Source: a virus
Taxonomy: Duplodnaviria > Caudoviricetes
Length of the DNA stretch: 43,037 nucleotides
Virus record (IMG/VR): IMGVR_UViG_3300008255_000208
Coordinates: 1 to 43,037 of that record
Reading direction: 5' to 3' (one strand)
Part shown: piece by piece, positions 1 through 10,700 of the stretch
How positions within the stretch are numbered: position 1 is the first letter of the stretch
How the letters are laid out: each line of letters opens with the position of its first letter
The notes under the pieces: model-generated
Database searches by the model: none
What the model saw: the letters and a program-made list of their open reading frames with translations, nothing else
Told to the model about the DNA's origin: nothing
Made by a program: the position numbers and the translations under genes

Positions 1-20
1 ACGGCTACGGCTCGAATTGA
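1..20 (+). CDS. 3' end of the Gly-rich repeat protein that starts at 42725 (wraps around the window ends)
   Basis: Final T of the window + AC GGC TAC GGC TCG AAT TGA reads Y-G-Y-G-S-N-stop in frame. Confidence 0.8.
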
Positions 21-24
21 AGTC

Positions 25-67
25 AATGGCGCGGGCGTCCCTCGCGCCATTTGCGGCAATTCTGCCG
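25..67 (+). promoter_or_regulatory. Tandem intergenic RNA hairpins just before the RBS of the gene at 81
   Basis: AATGGCGCG(25-33)/CGCGCCATT(43-51), then CGGCA-ATTC-TGCCG (54-67), then AAGGAG. Confidence 0.55.
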
Positions 68-80
68 AAGGAGAACTGCA

Positions 81-596
81 ATGAATAAGCGTATGTTGTT
101 CGGCGCCCTCGCGGTTGCTGCTCTTGTCAGTGTCGCCAGCACCGTGGCGTTCACCTCCCCCGCCTTCGCTGGGCCGTTCGAGACTGCCGCCGCGCCGTTC
201 GAGAACTATTATGGCTCGCAGCACGGTGTGCCCGACTTCACCTTCACCAAGGCCGAGTTTGGCAACACCAACCTCGGCGCCATCGTCCACCTCGGCGCGG
301 AAGTGGTCTACGCCACCGTGCATGGCTACACCGTGGTCTACAATCCGGCGACGGATGAAGTGCTCGTGTGGTCGGGCAACACGCCCGAATTCAAGGGCCG
401 CACCATCTACGCCGATACCAAGTGCGAGCTGTTGCCGCGCGGCAGCGGCAAGTGGGTACTCGGCATCCCGTCCGCCGGTGGCGGCTGCGAGTATGACACG
501 CTCGCCGGCAACGCTGGCGGTTCGGTGGTCATCGGCGTGATCGGCGCCACCGAACGCGAATGCACCTGGACGGCTAAGCACGAGCACTCCTGCTAG
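81..596 (+). CDS. Predicted exported protein with Sec signal peptide and 4 Cys, function unknown
   Basis: AAGGAG RBS before ATG 81. MNKR + hydrophobic stretch + AFA cleavage-like site. GC3-biased codons. Confidence 0.85.
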   Translation: MNKRMLFGALAVAALVSVASTVAFTSPAFAGPFETAAAPFENYYGSQHGVPDFTFTKAEFGNTNLGAIVHLGAEVVYATVHGYTVVYNPATDEVLVWSGNTPEFKGRTIYADTKCELLPRGSGKWVLGIPSAGGGCEYDTLAGNAGGSVVIGVIGATERECTWTAKHEHSC

Positions 597-622
597 TCGG
601 CCCTCTCAATCCCACCCAAAAG

Positions 623-648
623 AGGGCAGCCCGCGCGGCTGCCCTTTC
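623..648 (+). terminator. GC-rich hairpin, possible weak intrinsic terminator
   Basis: AGGGCAGCC-CGCGC-GGCTGCCCT followed by TTC; A-tract upstream. Confidence 0.5.
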
Positions 649-670
649 CCGTTCAACCAAGGACAACGAC

Positions 671-862
671 ATGAGCAAGGACAAGGGATACGTCGAGTTT
701 GGCGCCAATGAGGATTGGTGGCAGGACGATTCCACCACCAGCCTGTTGCGCCCAAGCCCACCGGGCGCCAGCCGCTCCCTGATGGCTACGAGGTTGCCTG
801 ACGACACGCCCAGCCTCGATACCTCGTTCCACGATCACGAAATGGATGTGGGCGATGAGTAA
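671..862 (+). CDS. Small acidic hypothetical protein
   Basis: AAGGA RBS, ATG, overlaps the next gene. Confidence 0.65.
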   Translation: MSKDKGYVEFGANEDWWQDDSTTSLLRPSPPGASRSLMATRLPDDTPSLDTSFHDHEMDVGDE

Positions 863-1067
863 GCCGATGGACGGCCAGCGCTTCGCCAACATCTGCCGCA
901 TCATGATGAACATCGACAAGGCCGATCTGGTCGAGGCTGGCATCATGCACGCCAATGAAGGCGGCAACGACTGGCGCCGCTTCAACGACCAGCCGTTCAT
1001 TTTTGTGGTCAAGCTCGATGACGTGAAGCTGGCCAAGCTGTGGGCGCTGATCGAGGCGGTAGAATGA
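855..1067 (+). CDS. Hypothetical protein (70 aa)
   Basis: ATG 855, strong GC3 bias, ATGA coupling to the next gene. Confidence 0.75.
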   Translation: MSKPMDGQRFANICRIMMNIDKADLVEAGIMHANEGGNDWRRFNDQPFIFVVKLDDVKLAKLWALIEAVE

Positions 1068-1273
1068 ACGCCACCGATCTCCTCGGCCTGCGCGTGTGGA
1101 ACGTGGCGCTGTGCCCCGGCAACAACGGCACGCTCCACCTCAAGGTTTCCCTTGGCCGCGACCGGCAGGTGACGCCAGCGGCGATCATCACCGTTCCCGC
1201 TGATGGCATCTTCAACCTTGAAGGCGCCCACCTCGATCTCGATGGCGTCGAGGACGGAGCCCCGCTCGCCTGA
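1064..1273 (+). CDS. Hypothetical protein (69 aa)
   Basis: GAGG RBS, ATGA overlap at 1064-1067. Confidence 0.7.
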   Translation: MNATDLLGLRVWNVALCPGNNGTLHLKVSLGRDRQVTPAAIITVPADGIFNLEGAHLDLDGVEDGAPLA

Positions 1274-1330
1274 CCCATCGCCGTGGGGCGCTGCGGTGCC
1301 CCGCCACGATGCGCCAGTGCATCAGGAGAC

Positions 1331-2362
1331 ATGGACACCATGACTGACTTAGAAAACTACACCTATTGGATGCGTGAGCTGGAGGCCATCGACGGTGGCT
1401 TCGTGCCCACGATTGACGAGCCCGCCCACCAGCGCCGCGATGATGCGGAATTGCCGCTTGATGGTTTCTGGCGCATCAGCGCTGCCAAGACCAAGCCAGA
1501 TGCGCCGGTGGCGATCTGGACTGCCGAGGATGGCGTGACGTGGTGCAAGATCGGGCGCCGCAAGGAATTCCCGAGCACCGGCGACGAGTGGCAGGAATTC
1601 ATCACCGGGGCGAGCTGGCTCAAGTGCCGTGCCGTCACCGAGGATCAGTACCGCCAGGCGCTCGATAGCGGCATGTGGTTCGACAACAAGCCCAGCCGCC
1701 AGCTCTCCATCGAGGAGGAGCTGGGATTGCCCAAGCCGGGCGAGAACTCGCAGGCGCCCGAGCATGAGGCGCTGCGCGACGTGATCGAGGCGGCGGTGGA
1801 GAAGGCCGACGCCTTGCAGGTGACGACGCAGGAGGAAGCCGATCTGGCGGTGGCTCTGATCGACAAGCTGGCGAAGCTGTTCAAGTACGGCGACGACAAG
1901 CGCGCCGAGTTGAAGCGCCCCCATGACGAGGCTGCCACGCAGATCCAGCAGACGTGGTTGCCGGTCATCAATCCCGCCGAAGCGGCACGAGTCTCCCTGC
2001 GCAAGCGCAAGGATCAGTTCCTCGTCGCTGAACAGGCCCGCCTCAACAAGATCGCGGCCGACGAGGAGGCTGCCCGCCTCGCTGCCCTGCCCAAGACTGA
2101 ACCCGGCGCCGAGCCCGTCTACACCGCTCCGGTGAAGGCGGAGAAGGCCAGCGCCGGTGGCGCCACGGGTCGCGCCTCGTCCGTCCGCATGAAGTGGGTG
2201 GGCGAAATCACCGACCAGGGCGCGTTGCTCGCCCACCTCGTCGCCAACAAGGACGCCGATCTGGTGGCGCTCCTCCAGAACCGCGCGGATGCTGCCGCGC
2301 GCGCCTTCAAGTCCGAGACGCCGATCCCCGGCGTCAAGGGTCACCACGTCCCCGCCATCTAA
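1331..2362 (+). CDS. Phage protein with Trp-rich N-terminal domain and coiled-coil, upstream of the recombinase
   Basis: AGGAG RBS and ATG 1331. PLDGFWR...PVAIW N-terminal motif followed by a long helical region. Confidence 0.85.
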   Translation: MDTMTDLENYTYWMRELEAIDGGFVPTIDEPAHQRRDDAELPLDGFWRISAAKTKPDAPVAIWTAEDGVTWCKIGRRKEFPSTGDEWQEFITGASWLKCRAVTEDQYRQALDSGMWFDNKPSRQLSIEEELGLPKPGENSQAPEHEALRDVIEAAVEKADALQVTTQEEADLAVALIDKLAKLFKYGDDKRAELKRPHDEAATQIQQTWLPVINPAEAARVSLRKRKDQFLVAEQARLNKIAADEEAARLAALPKTEPGAEPVYTAPVKAEKASAGGATGRASSVRMKWVGEITDQGALLAHLVANKDADLVALLQNRADAAARAFKSETPIPGVKGHHVPAI

Positions 2363-2371
2363 GAGGCAACC

Positions 2372-3553
2372 ATGTCCGACAATCGCAATGCCCCAGCGCC
2401 GACCACCACCACGGCGCTGGCTCCGACGAGAATGCCCATCGCCCCTGCCATCGCGCAGGAGTTTCAGGTCAGCTCGCCCGAGTGGCGCGTTCTGGTGGAG
2501 ACGATCTGGCCGAACGCCAAGACGCCGGAAGCGGTGATGATGGCGCTCTCCTACTGCCGCGCCCGCAAGCTCGATCCGTTCAAGAAGCCCGTCCACATCG
2601 TTCCCATGTGGTCGAGCGCCAAGGGCGCGATGGTCGAGACGGTCTGGCCCGGCATTTCGGAAATCCGCACTACCGCTGCGCGCACCGGCGCCTATGCGGG
2701 CATCGACGCGCCCGATTGGGGGCCGAAGGTGACGCGCACCTTCACCGGCGACATCGAGGTGTGGGAGAACCGGCAGAAGGTCACCGTCACCAAGAGCGTG
2801 GAGCTGACGTTCCCCGAATTCTGCCGCCGCACGGTCTACAAGATGGTCGATGGCGTGCGCTGCCCGTACACCGCCGAGGTCTATTGGGAGGAAGCTTACG
2901 CCACGCTGGGCTTCAACAACGAGCTGCCCAATGCCATGTGGTCGAAGCGCATTCGCGGCCAGCTCGACAAGGTGTCGGAAGCCGCGGCGATTCGCATGGC
3001 CTTCCCCGAGGAGACGGGCGAAGGCGTGACGGCCGAGGAAATGGAGGGGCAGGTGCTTCACGACGCACCGCGTAGCGCCGCCGATCCGCTCGGGCTGGGC
3101 ATTACCGGCCCCGCGACCACCACCACGGCGCCGACGCGCCCGGCTGGTGGCCCGCCATCGGCGCCGGTGGTGCCAAAGAAGCCCGTAGAGGCACCAAGGC
3201 CCGCTCCGGCTGCTACCACAGCCGCCGCTCCCGCCGCCCGCCCTGGCGCCCAGCGCCAAGGGCAGGCTGAGACGTTCCCGAACCCCGAGGAGCTGATCAA
3301 GGAATGCGCCGGCCGCATGGAGGCGCTCGAAGACGGCGACGAGGACGGCTACAACGAGGTGTGGGAGCAATATCGCCACCTGCAGGGCGAGTTTACGCCG
3401 CCCGACTGGCAGAACCTGCTCGACATCGCCACCGCCCACTACGATCGCACGCATGATGATGGCGGTGAGCCCTTCGTGCCCAGCGCCAACGACGATGGCG
3501 GCACCTATGTGAACAACGATGGTCAGGCCGACATTTTTCCGGGCGACCGTTGA
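2372..3553 (+). CDS. bet: Phage recombination protein Bet (Redbeta/RecT single-strand annealing family)
   Basis: Motifs LDPFKKPVHIV, RTTAARTGAYAGID and MWSKRIRGQLDKVSEAAAIRMAFP; Pro/Ala linker and acidic C-terminal tail. Confidence 0.9.
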   Translation: MSDNRNAPAPTTTTALAPTRMPIAPAIAQEFQVSSPEWRVLVETIWPNAKTPEAVMMALSYCRARKLDPFKKPVHIVPMWSSAKGAMVETVWPGISEIRTTAARTGAYAGIDAPDWGPKVTRTFTGDIEVWENRQKVTVTKSVELTFPEFCRRTVYKMVDGVRCPYTAEVYWEEAYATLGFNNELPNAMWSKRIRGQLDKVSEAAAIRMAFPEETGEGVTAEEMEGQVLHDAPRSAADPLGLGITGPATTTTAPTRPAGGPPSAPVVPKKPVEAPRPAPAATTAAAPAARPGAQRQGQAETFPNPEELIKECAGRMEALEDGDEDGYNEVWEQYRHLQGEFTPPDWQNLLDIATAHYDRTHDDGGEPFVPSANDDGGTYVNNDGQADIFPGDR

Positions 3554-3786
3554 TCGACCGCAACCTCAACACCGGCCGCGCCTCGATGCGGTGCGACTGG
3601 TGCGGCTCCCCCGGCGTTCCTGGCTCGATGCCGAAACGCTCCGAGCTTGAAGTTGAACTCCTGCTGGCCGACGCGATAAGCGCCGGCTGGCTGCTCGTAG
3701 ATCCCATCGGTGGCCACGCTTGCGCCATCTGCCCAGCCTGTGTGGAGTTGAAAGAATGGCAAAAGCGGCCTTCGCGCACGAGCTGA
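3550..3786 (+). CDS. Small putative Zn-binding protein
   Basis: TTG start overlaps the bet stop; CDWC ... GW ... CAICPAC. Confidence 0.65.
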   Translation: MIDRNLNTGRASMRCDWCGSPGVPGSMPKRSELEVELLLADAISAGWLLVDPIGGHACAICPACVELKEWQKRPSRTS

Positions 3787-4208
3787 TCGGCGCCCATCAC
3801 ATCCTGATGCCCTTTGACGATGAGGGGCGCGACATGCTCGCAGCCCTGCCCGTCCACAAAGAGGTGCTGGTGGACATCCACACGCCCCGCAACCCGAAAC
3901 ACCACCGCCTGTTGTTCGCGCTCTATGTGAAGCTGCACGATGGCGGCGCCTTCGATGGCGACCAAGACTCGTTCCTCGATTGGGCGAAATACGCCACCGG
4001 CCATGTCCGCTCGTCGGTCGATCACCGTGGCGAGGTGCATTACGTGCCCAAGTCCATCGCTTTCGAGAGCATGGATCAGGCCCGGTTCAGCCGTTGGTTT
4101 GATCGGGTCTGCTACCACATCGCCCACCGCCTCCTCGGCAGCGCCGACGAATGGGAAGCCTTGCGCGACGACATCATCAACACCGTTGAAGGGAAATACC
4201 GCCGATGA
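3756..4208 (+). CDS. DUF1367/NinB-like protein
   Basis: PRNPKHHRLLFAL and PKSIAFESMDQARFSRWFD motifs; GGAG before ATG 3756. Confidence 0.8.
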   Translation: MAKAAFAHELIGAHHILMPFDDEGRDMLAALPVHKEVLVDIHTPRNPKHHRLLFALYVKLHDGGAFDGDQDSFLDWAKYATGHVRSSVDHRGEVHYVPKSIAFESMDQARFSRWFDRVCYHIAHRLLGSADEWEALRDDIINTVEGKYRR

Positions 4209-4732
4209 GCAAGCCGCTCACCGTTCTCCTCGCCCAGGTCGCCGCCGCCCACGGCATCACCTCCAGCCACATCCGCGAGGGCAGCAAGCGCAGCTCACGG
4301 CAGGCGCGCTATGAATTCTGCTACCTCGCCGCCGTGGAGACGAACGAACCGATCCGCAAGGTGGCCGAGGTGGCTGGCTATGAGGATTGGACGAGCGTGA
4401 CCTATGCGGTGCGCCAGCACGCCATCCGCAACGGGCTGGCGCCTCGCTCCTTCATGGACGCGCGCAAGGGCGTGAAGCCGCTGCGCATGATCGACTGGAA
4501 CGTGTTGGCCCGCCTGGTCGAGGCTCGGATGGTCGAGCTGGAGCTGACGCAGGTGGCCGTGGCGAAGCGCGCCGGGGTTGGCCGGCGCGCTGTGTCATGG
4601 GCAAGTCAGGCCAAGCCGATCAGCGCTGACGATCTCGTCGCCATCCTTGTCGCTCTCAGCATCGGGCTCGAGGAAATCATCACCGCGCCGTTGACCGCTC
4701 TACTTCGTCCAGAGCTGCCTTTATCTGCTTGA
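4205..4732 (+). CDS. Two-HTH DNA-binding protein: DnaA-domain-IV-like N-terminus + XRE-like C-terminus
   Basis: VAAAHGIT...ARYEFCYLA...IRKVAEVAGYEDWTSVTYAVR; LTQVAVAKRAGVGRRAVS. Confidence 0.7.
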   Translation: MSKPLTVLLAQVAAAHGITSSHIREGSKRSSRQARYEFCYLAAVETNEPIRKVAEVAGYEDWTSVTYAVRQHAIRNGLAPRSFMDARKGVKPLRMIDWNVLARLVEARMVELELTQVAVAKRAGVGRRAVSWASQAKPISADDLVAILVALSIGLEEIITAPLTALLRPELPLSA

Positions 4733-7700
4733 AGCTGACGGCCAGGGCGTCGTTCTTCTGCTCGTAATAGCCCTCGATCTGCGCCTCTTTGTCGGGGCGT
4801 GACAGGTTCGGGTTGTACTTCACCGACATCAGGAAGGCGTTCTGATCCTCGAAGGCCGCGTCGATGCGTCCGAAGGTGGTATCGAGCGCGACGAGCTGGG
4901 TGTTCATCTTGTCCAGCATGAAGGCATCGAGCCGGGTCTTATCCTTGACCGCGAGCGCCTGGAGCTGGCCGAACGCCTGCCGCATCCCAGCCGCGCGAGT
5001 CTTGAGGTCGTAGTAGCCCTCGGTCCATTTGGTGCGGTACGGCACCTTCTGCCCGGCGAACTGGTGGATCAGGTAGTCCACGGGTCCGCGCTGGAACGGC
5101 CGATCTCCCCACTTGTCCTGCTTCCAGAACAACGCCTCGGTGGCGTCCGCGATGTAGGCTTCGACATAGCGGAGGTAGCCCTGCGCATAGTGCTCGGCCA
5201 CCAGCGGCGACACGCCCAGCGTCTCACCCAGGGCGATGTAGATTTGCGGGGTGCGCTCGGTGAACTGGTAGCGCGCCGGCATGTCGAGCATGTGGTTCGG
5301 CACGATGGGAGCGCCGCGCCAATCCTTGTTGGCCTGCACCTCGATCATGGGCTGGAAGATGCCGGGATAGTCACCGATGGCGAGCGAGTTGAGCGCCACC
5401 CATGCCATCTGCTTTGCCGCCGCCTCGCCGTCCTTGTCGTTGATCAGGTTCAGCACGATCTCGGGGATGGTGGCGAAGATATGCCCGATGTCATAGGGGC
5501 GCGGGATCTTGATCGGCTTGTCGAGGCCGGGCACGAAAATCCACCAGAAGCGGGCGCGCTCGTCCTCGGTGAGCGCCTTGTAGCGATCATCGTCCTTGTT
5601 CAGCAGCCACAGGATCAGCGTCATGGTGGTGATGACGCCGCCCTTGAGGATGAAGGCAGCCTTCGAGCGGTTGAACTTCGCCAGATTGCCGACCGTCATC
5701 TTGCCGTCGATCTCGGAGAACTCGCGCGCCGTCTTGTCGATGCCCTGGATGCTCGCGTTCATGAACGGCACGGTGCGGATGAACTTCGCCCAAAACTCGT
5801 TGCGGCCGATCTTGGAGAAGTCGGTGGTGATCTCGCGCGCCTGCCACGCCGCTTCGAGCGGGGTGCGGCTGGCCTTCATGCCCCGGCGATAGTCGCCCAT
5901 GCGCGAGCCGTATTCGAACGCCGAGGTGAAGCGATCGTAGCCAGCGAGGAACTTCGCTGCCAGATCCCATCCGTTGCGCGCCGGGAGGTCGAGCTGGCGG
6001 CGCGAGCGGGTTTCCTCGGTGCGCGCCTCGATGCGAGTGCCGTAGCCCGCGCCCTGGCGCCGCATGTCGCGGTAGAGCGGGGTCTTGAGGATCACGTGCC
6101 CCATGCCGATCATGGTGTCGATCACCGGCAGGAAGGCGTTCTTGGAAAGCACCGCGGCTGAAACCGTGTCGCGGATGGCATTGGGGCCGAGGAACTGGAG
6201 CATCGAGGTGACGGTGCGGGTCTGGAGGTTCTTGACGCGATAGAGCGTCTTGAGCACCGCGCCAGCCGTCAGCCCGCGCATTCCGGTGAGCATGTCGACC
6301 AAAAGGGGCTCGCGCACCTCCATCCACACGCGCTCGCCGTCGATCACCGCCGAATCAACATAGGTGTCGCCGTCCGTCTTGGGCGGCTGGTTGAGCATCC
6401 AGAACGACAGCATGTCGGGGTTCTGGCGCAGCACGTCCGCGATGTCGGCCACGTCATAGACCGCGTTCTGCACCTGCGGCTGATTGACCATCAGGCCATT
6501 CTTGGAAATGCCCAGCCCGAGGTCGGCCATCGCCTTGGCCACGGTGTTCGCCATTTCATCGAGGCGCACCTTGACCAGCTTGCTATCGGTGCCGATGCGG
6601 GCAGCGAACAGGGAGCCGTCCTGGTGCTTCAAAATCTGGCGGTAGAGCGTGGCCTTGGCGCGGGCGATCAGGGCGGCCCGGATGTTGGCGAACAGGCCCT
6701 CGATGATGTTCTCGGCCACGTCGCGGATATTCTGCGTGCCACCCTTGAGGCGAGCGCCGATGCGGCTGGCGCCGTCGCCACGGTTGCCCTCCTCGATCAT
6801 CTTGCCCACGCGATGGAACGGCACGTAGTTGGCGTTCATCTGCGCGAAGGCGTCACGCTGATCATAGGTGAGGAGCCCCATCTGCTCGAAGAAGTCGAGC
6901 ATCCGGCTGTTGAACTCCTGATAGGCGCCGAACACCTGCGCGAACTCGGGATACTGGCGGGCGAGGTCGAGGCCGGCCGTGATCTCCTCCTTCGTGAACA
7001 GGTTCTCGCGGCCCTGGCGCATCAGCTCGTTGCCGCGCCGGGCTTTGAAATAGTCCATCAGGAGGTCGAAGCGCTTCCAGCCGTGTTTTGCCACCGGCCA
7101 GAACACCTTGGTGAGGCCGATGCCGGTTTCGAGGAACGAGCCGTCCACGGTGAGCCCGATGGTGCCGTCCTTGACGATGGACTCGTGCAGGCTCTCGGCG
7201 CCGTTGACCATCTGGAACTGCTTGTAGGCGGAGCGGGTCGCGTCTGCGATCCCGCCATTGAGGGTGCGCTCCACCACCTTTGCAGCGTGGATTTTGTCGA
7301 TGGTTTCCTGACGCAGGCGCTCGGCCGGATAGGACTGGAAATAGCGGATCACCGCCTCGCTGGGCGTGTACTCCTCGCCGCTCTTGGCGCGGAGCTGGGC
7401 ATGGGCGCCCTGGAAGAACCACTTGTGGGCGTCCTCCTGTAGGCGCCGCATCTTCTTGTCCAGCACCTTGTCGGCCGCGAGCTGCGCCTCGAAGTGCGTG
7501 GTGAAGCTCGGCACCGCCGCGATGGCAGCCGGGTAGTTCGTGATCCACAGGCGCACGTACTCGGCAAACCCTTCCTTCACATATTGTGCCGGGTCCGAGG
7601 TGTAGGAGAGCTGCTTTATCTCGTCCTTGAGCGTGGTGGACAGCCGCGCCGAGGCGAAGCGGGCACGGTGCTCGTAGTGGAAGTCGAGATAGTGCGCCAT

Positions 7701-10700
7701 TTCGTGCGCCATCACCTCGATGTCATCATAGTTGCGCAGCCGGATTTCCGAGTTGGAGCGGCGGTAGAAGCCAAGGCGCGACTGGCCCTTGATCTTGCCG
7801 TAGTAGAGCCGGGTTCCAACGATGTCCTCGATGCGGGTGCGAACGCCTTCGCGGCGCATGGGCTTGTCCAGCTCGGGCAGGCTGATGGTCAGCCCGTTGC
7901 CGACATTGACGGTGTTGCCGCTGGCCGGGCGCTGCGGCACGCCAGCCACCGAATAGGTGGCGACATACTTCGGCATCGGCTGATCAGCGCCAGCGAGCGC
8001 GCTGGTGTCGCTGGCAGTCTCCGCCTCCTCCACCTGGGCGGCAGACATGGCCTCCACGGCCTCGGGCGTTGCCGGGCGCTGTGCGGCGGCGCTGCCCTTG
8101 GGCGCACGCAGGCGCTTGACCACCTCGTCATAGGCCGCCTGCTGGGCGTCGTGTTCATCCTCCAGCAACCACGGTCCCAGCTTCTCGCGGAGCTTGGGGA
8201 TGTCGGCTTCCTGCGCCTCGATGCGGGCTTTCATCTGCTCGGCCTCGGCCGGCAGTTCGCGGATCGAGCGGCGGATCGACATGACGAGCGAGAGCGCGGT
8301 GGTCTTTTCCCCGATGTCGAACGTCAGCTCGCGCTTGGTCGCCACCGCCACATAGGGCGAGAGCGACTTGCTGATCTGGAACGACACGGGCACCCCAAAG
8401 ATGGTGCCCAGCTCGGCGGAGGTCTTGTTGTCCTTGAGGGCGCCGTCGATCAGCTCCATCATCTTGACGCCAGCCTCGCTCGGCTTCTCAAACGACTCGC
8501 CGCCGATCTTGGCGACAAACTCGCCCGTCTCGATCTTGGCATCCTCCTCGATGAGCGGAAGCTGCTCGGCCAGATACTCGTTGCTCTTTGTCAGGCGCTC
8601 GATGGTGTCCTTGACGCGCGCCTGGTCGCGCTGGTGCTCGCGGCGCTGGTTTTCCAGAGTGCGGACGCGCTTGCGCAGCGTCATTTCGGCAAGGATGTCG
8701 GGGTTGCCAGAGGATGCCGCCTTCATTTCGGCAGCGTTCATGGACTCCGCCGACACGTCCTCGATGACACGGCCACCCACGCCCTTGCGCACCTGCTCGA
8801 TGAAGGTCGCCTTCTGCTCGATGGTCTGCCACATGCGCGAGTCGAGGGTCTGATCGGTGGCGTAGCGGAAGATGCCCACCTCGAAGCCATCGGGATCTGC
8901 GGTGTAGAGCGAATTGCCCTGACGGATGATGCGCCCCTCGCGCTGTTCGAGGTCGGACGGGCGCCACGGCGCGTCGAGGTGGTGCAGCGCCACAAGGCGT
9001 TCCTGCACGTTCATGCCGGCGCCCATCTTGGGGGTCGAGCCGAGGAGGAAGCGGACGCGGCCAGAGCGGACCTTGCCGAACAGCTCCTCTTTCTGCAGCT
9101 CGGTGTTGGCGTCGTGGATGAACGCGATCTCCGCCTCGGGCACGCCCTTGGCGATCAGCTTGGCCTTCACATCGTCATAGACGGAGAAATCGCTATCGAG
9201 CGCGGCGATCTCGTCGGGCGAGAGCTTGTCCACCGCCTCCTGTGCGGCCTCGTCGCCAGCCTCGGCCTGGGTGATCAGGTCGCGGATGCGCTGCGCCTCG
9301 CGGCCCTTGGCAGCCTTCGGGGTCGAGAGGTCGATGAAGATAAGCTGGGCGCCGCGCTGCTTATCCCACTGGCGCCACAGCGCCAGCGCCTTGCCGATCA
9401 TCACGTTCGCCTTGGAGCCGGGGTAATCGGCCGCGTTGGGATCGACCAAGCGCATATCGAGAGCGCCCTTCCGGGCGTCCGACATGATGGCCAGCATGTT
9501 GTCGCCGCCTTTCTCCGGGCGCTTCGGCATATTCTCGGCGCGATAGACGAGCTGGCTCATCAACGTGGCCTGCGCATCGCTGCGCTCCACCACGGTGTTG
9601 AGCGGCTTGCCCCCGGTGATCTTGGGGATCGGCAGCTTCTTGCCCTGCGCGGCGAGCTGGCGGTTGATGTCGTCGCGGGTGATCACGTCCGAGAACGCCT
9701 GATAGCGCTGCATCAGCTCGGGCATGTTTACGAAGCGGCGGAAGCGGGTGACCAGCTTATAGGCGCCGGTCGGTGACAGCTCCCAATCCGGGGTGGCGTC
9801 GGCAAACTGACGCGCCCATGCGTCGAAGTGGAGCACGCCGCGCTGGCGCATATCCTCGTAATCGAGGTAGCGCTGCATCGTGAACATTTCGGCCATCGTG
9901 TTGCTGATCGGCGTGCCGGTGGCAAAGACGATGTTGCGGCCCCCGGTGCGCTTCTGCACCGCGCGGACCTTCATGAACATGTCCATCGCCTTCTGCGAGC
10001 CAGCCGGGTTTCCCAGCCCCATCACGCTGCGCATCCCGGTGATGTAGAACAGGTTCTTGAACTCGTGCGCCTCATCGAGGAGGAGGGCGTCAATGCCCAG
10101 CTCTTGGAAGGTGAGGTTGTCGTCCTTGCGGCCGGTGTCGGCCAGGCGCTTCATGCGCTCCTCAAGCGCCTCGCGCTGCTTCTCCGCCTGTTTGACGGTG
10201 CGGGTGTCCTTGCCGCCAGCCAACTTGATCTCAGCGATGCCCGCCTCCAGCTCGGTCACCTGCTCGCGCAGGAACTCGATCTGGAATTGCTTGTCGAGGT
10301 CGATGCGGCCGATGGACGAGTGGCCGATGATGATGGCGTCCCAATCGCCGGTGGCGATGCGGGCGAACAGCTTCTTGCGGTTCTTGGCCTCGAAGTCCTT
10401 CTTGGTCGCAGCGAGGATTCGGGCGCCGGGGTAGAGGCGCAGGAAGTCCTCGGCCCACTGGCCCACCAGATGGTTGGGAACGGTCAGCAGCGGCTTCTTG
10501 GCAAAGCCGGTGCGGCGCAGCTCCATCGCGGCAGCCACCATCGTGTAGGTCTTGCCGGCGCCGACCACGTGATCGAGGAGCGTGGTGTCGCTTTGCAGGA
10601 TGCGCCACACGCCATTGAGCTGGTGCGGGCGCAGGCGGATGATGTCATTGCCCACCTTGCCCGGCAGTTGCAGGTGCGAACCGTCGAACTCGCGCTGGAT

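Noticed and set aside
1349-3454. 701-aa minus-strand ORF and similar long antisense ORFs (7494-9776, 9828-12572, 12633-14483, 14874-16838, 29754-31397)
   Set aside because: Antisense shadows of real high-GC genes; no motifs and unnatural composition.
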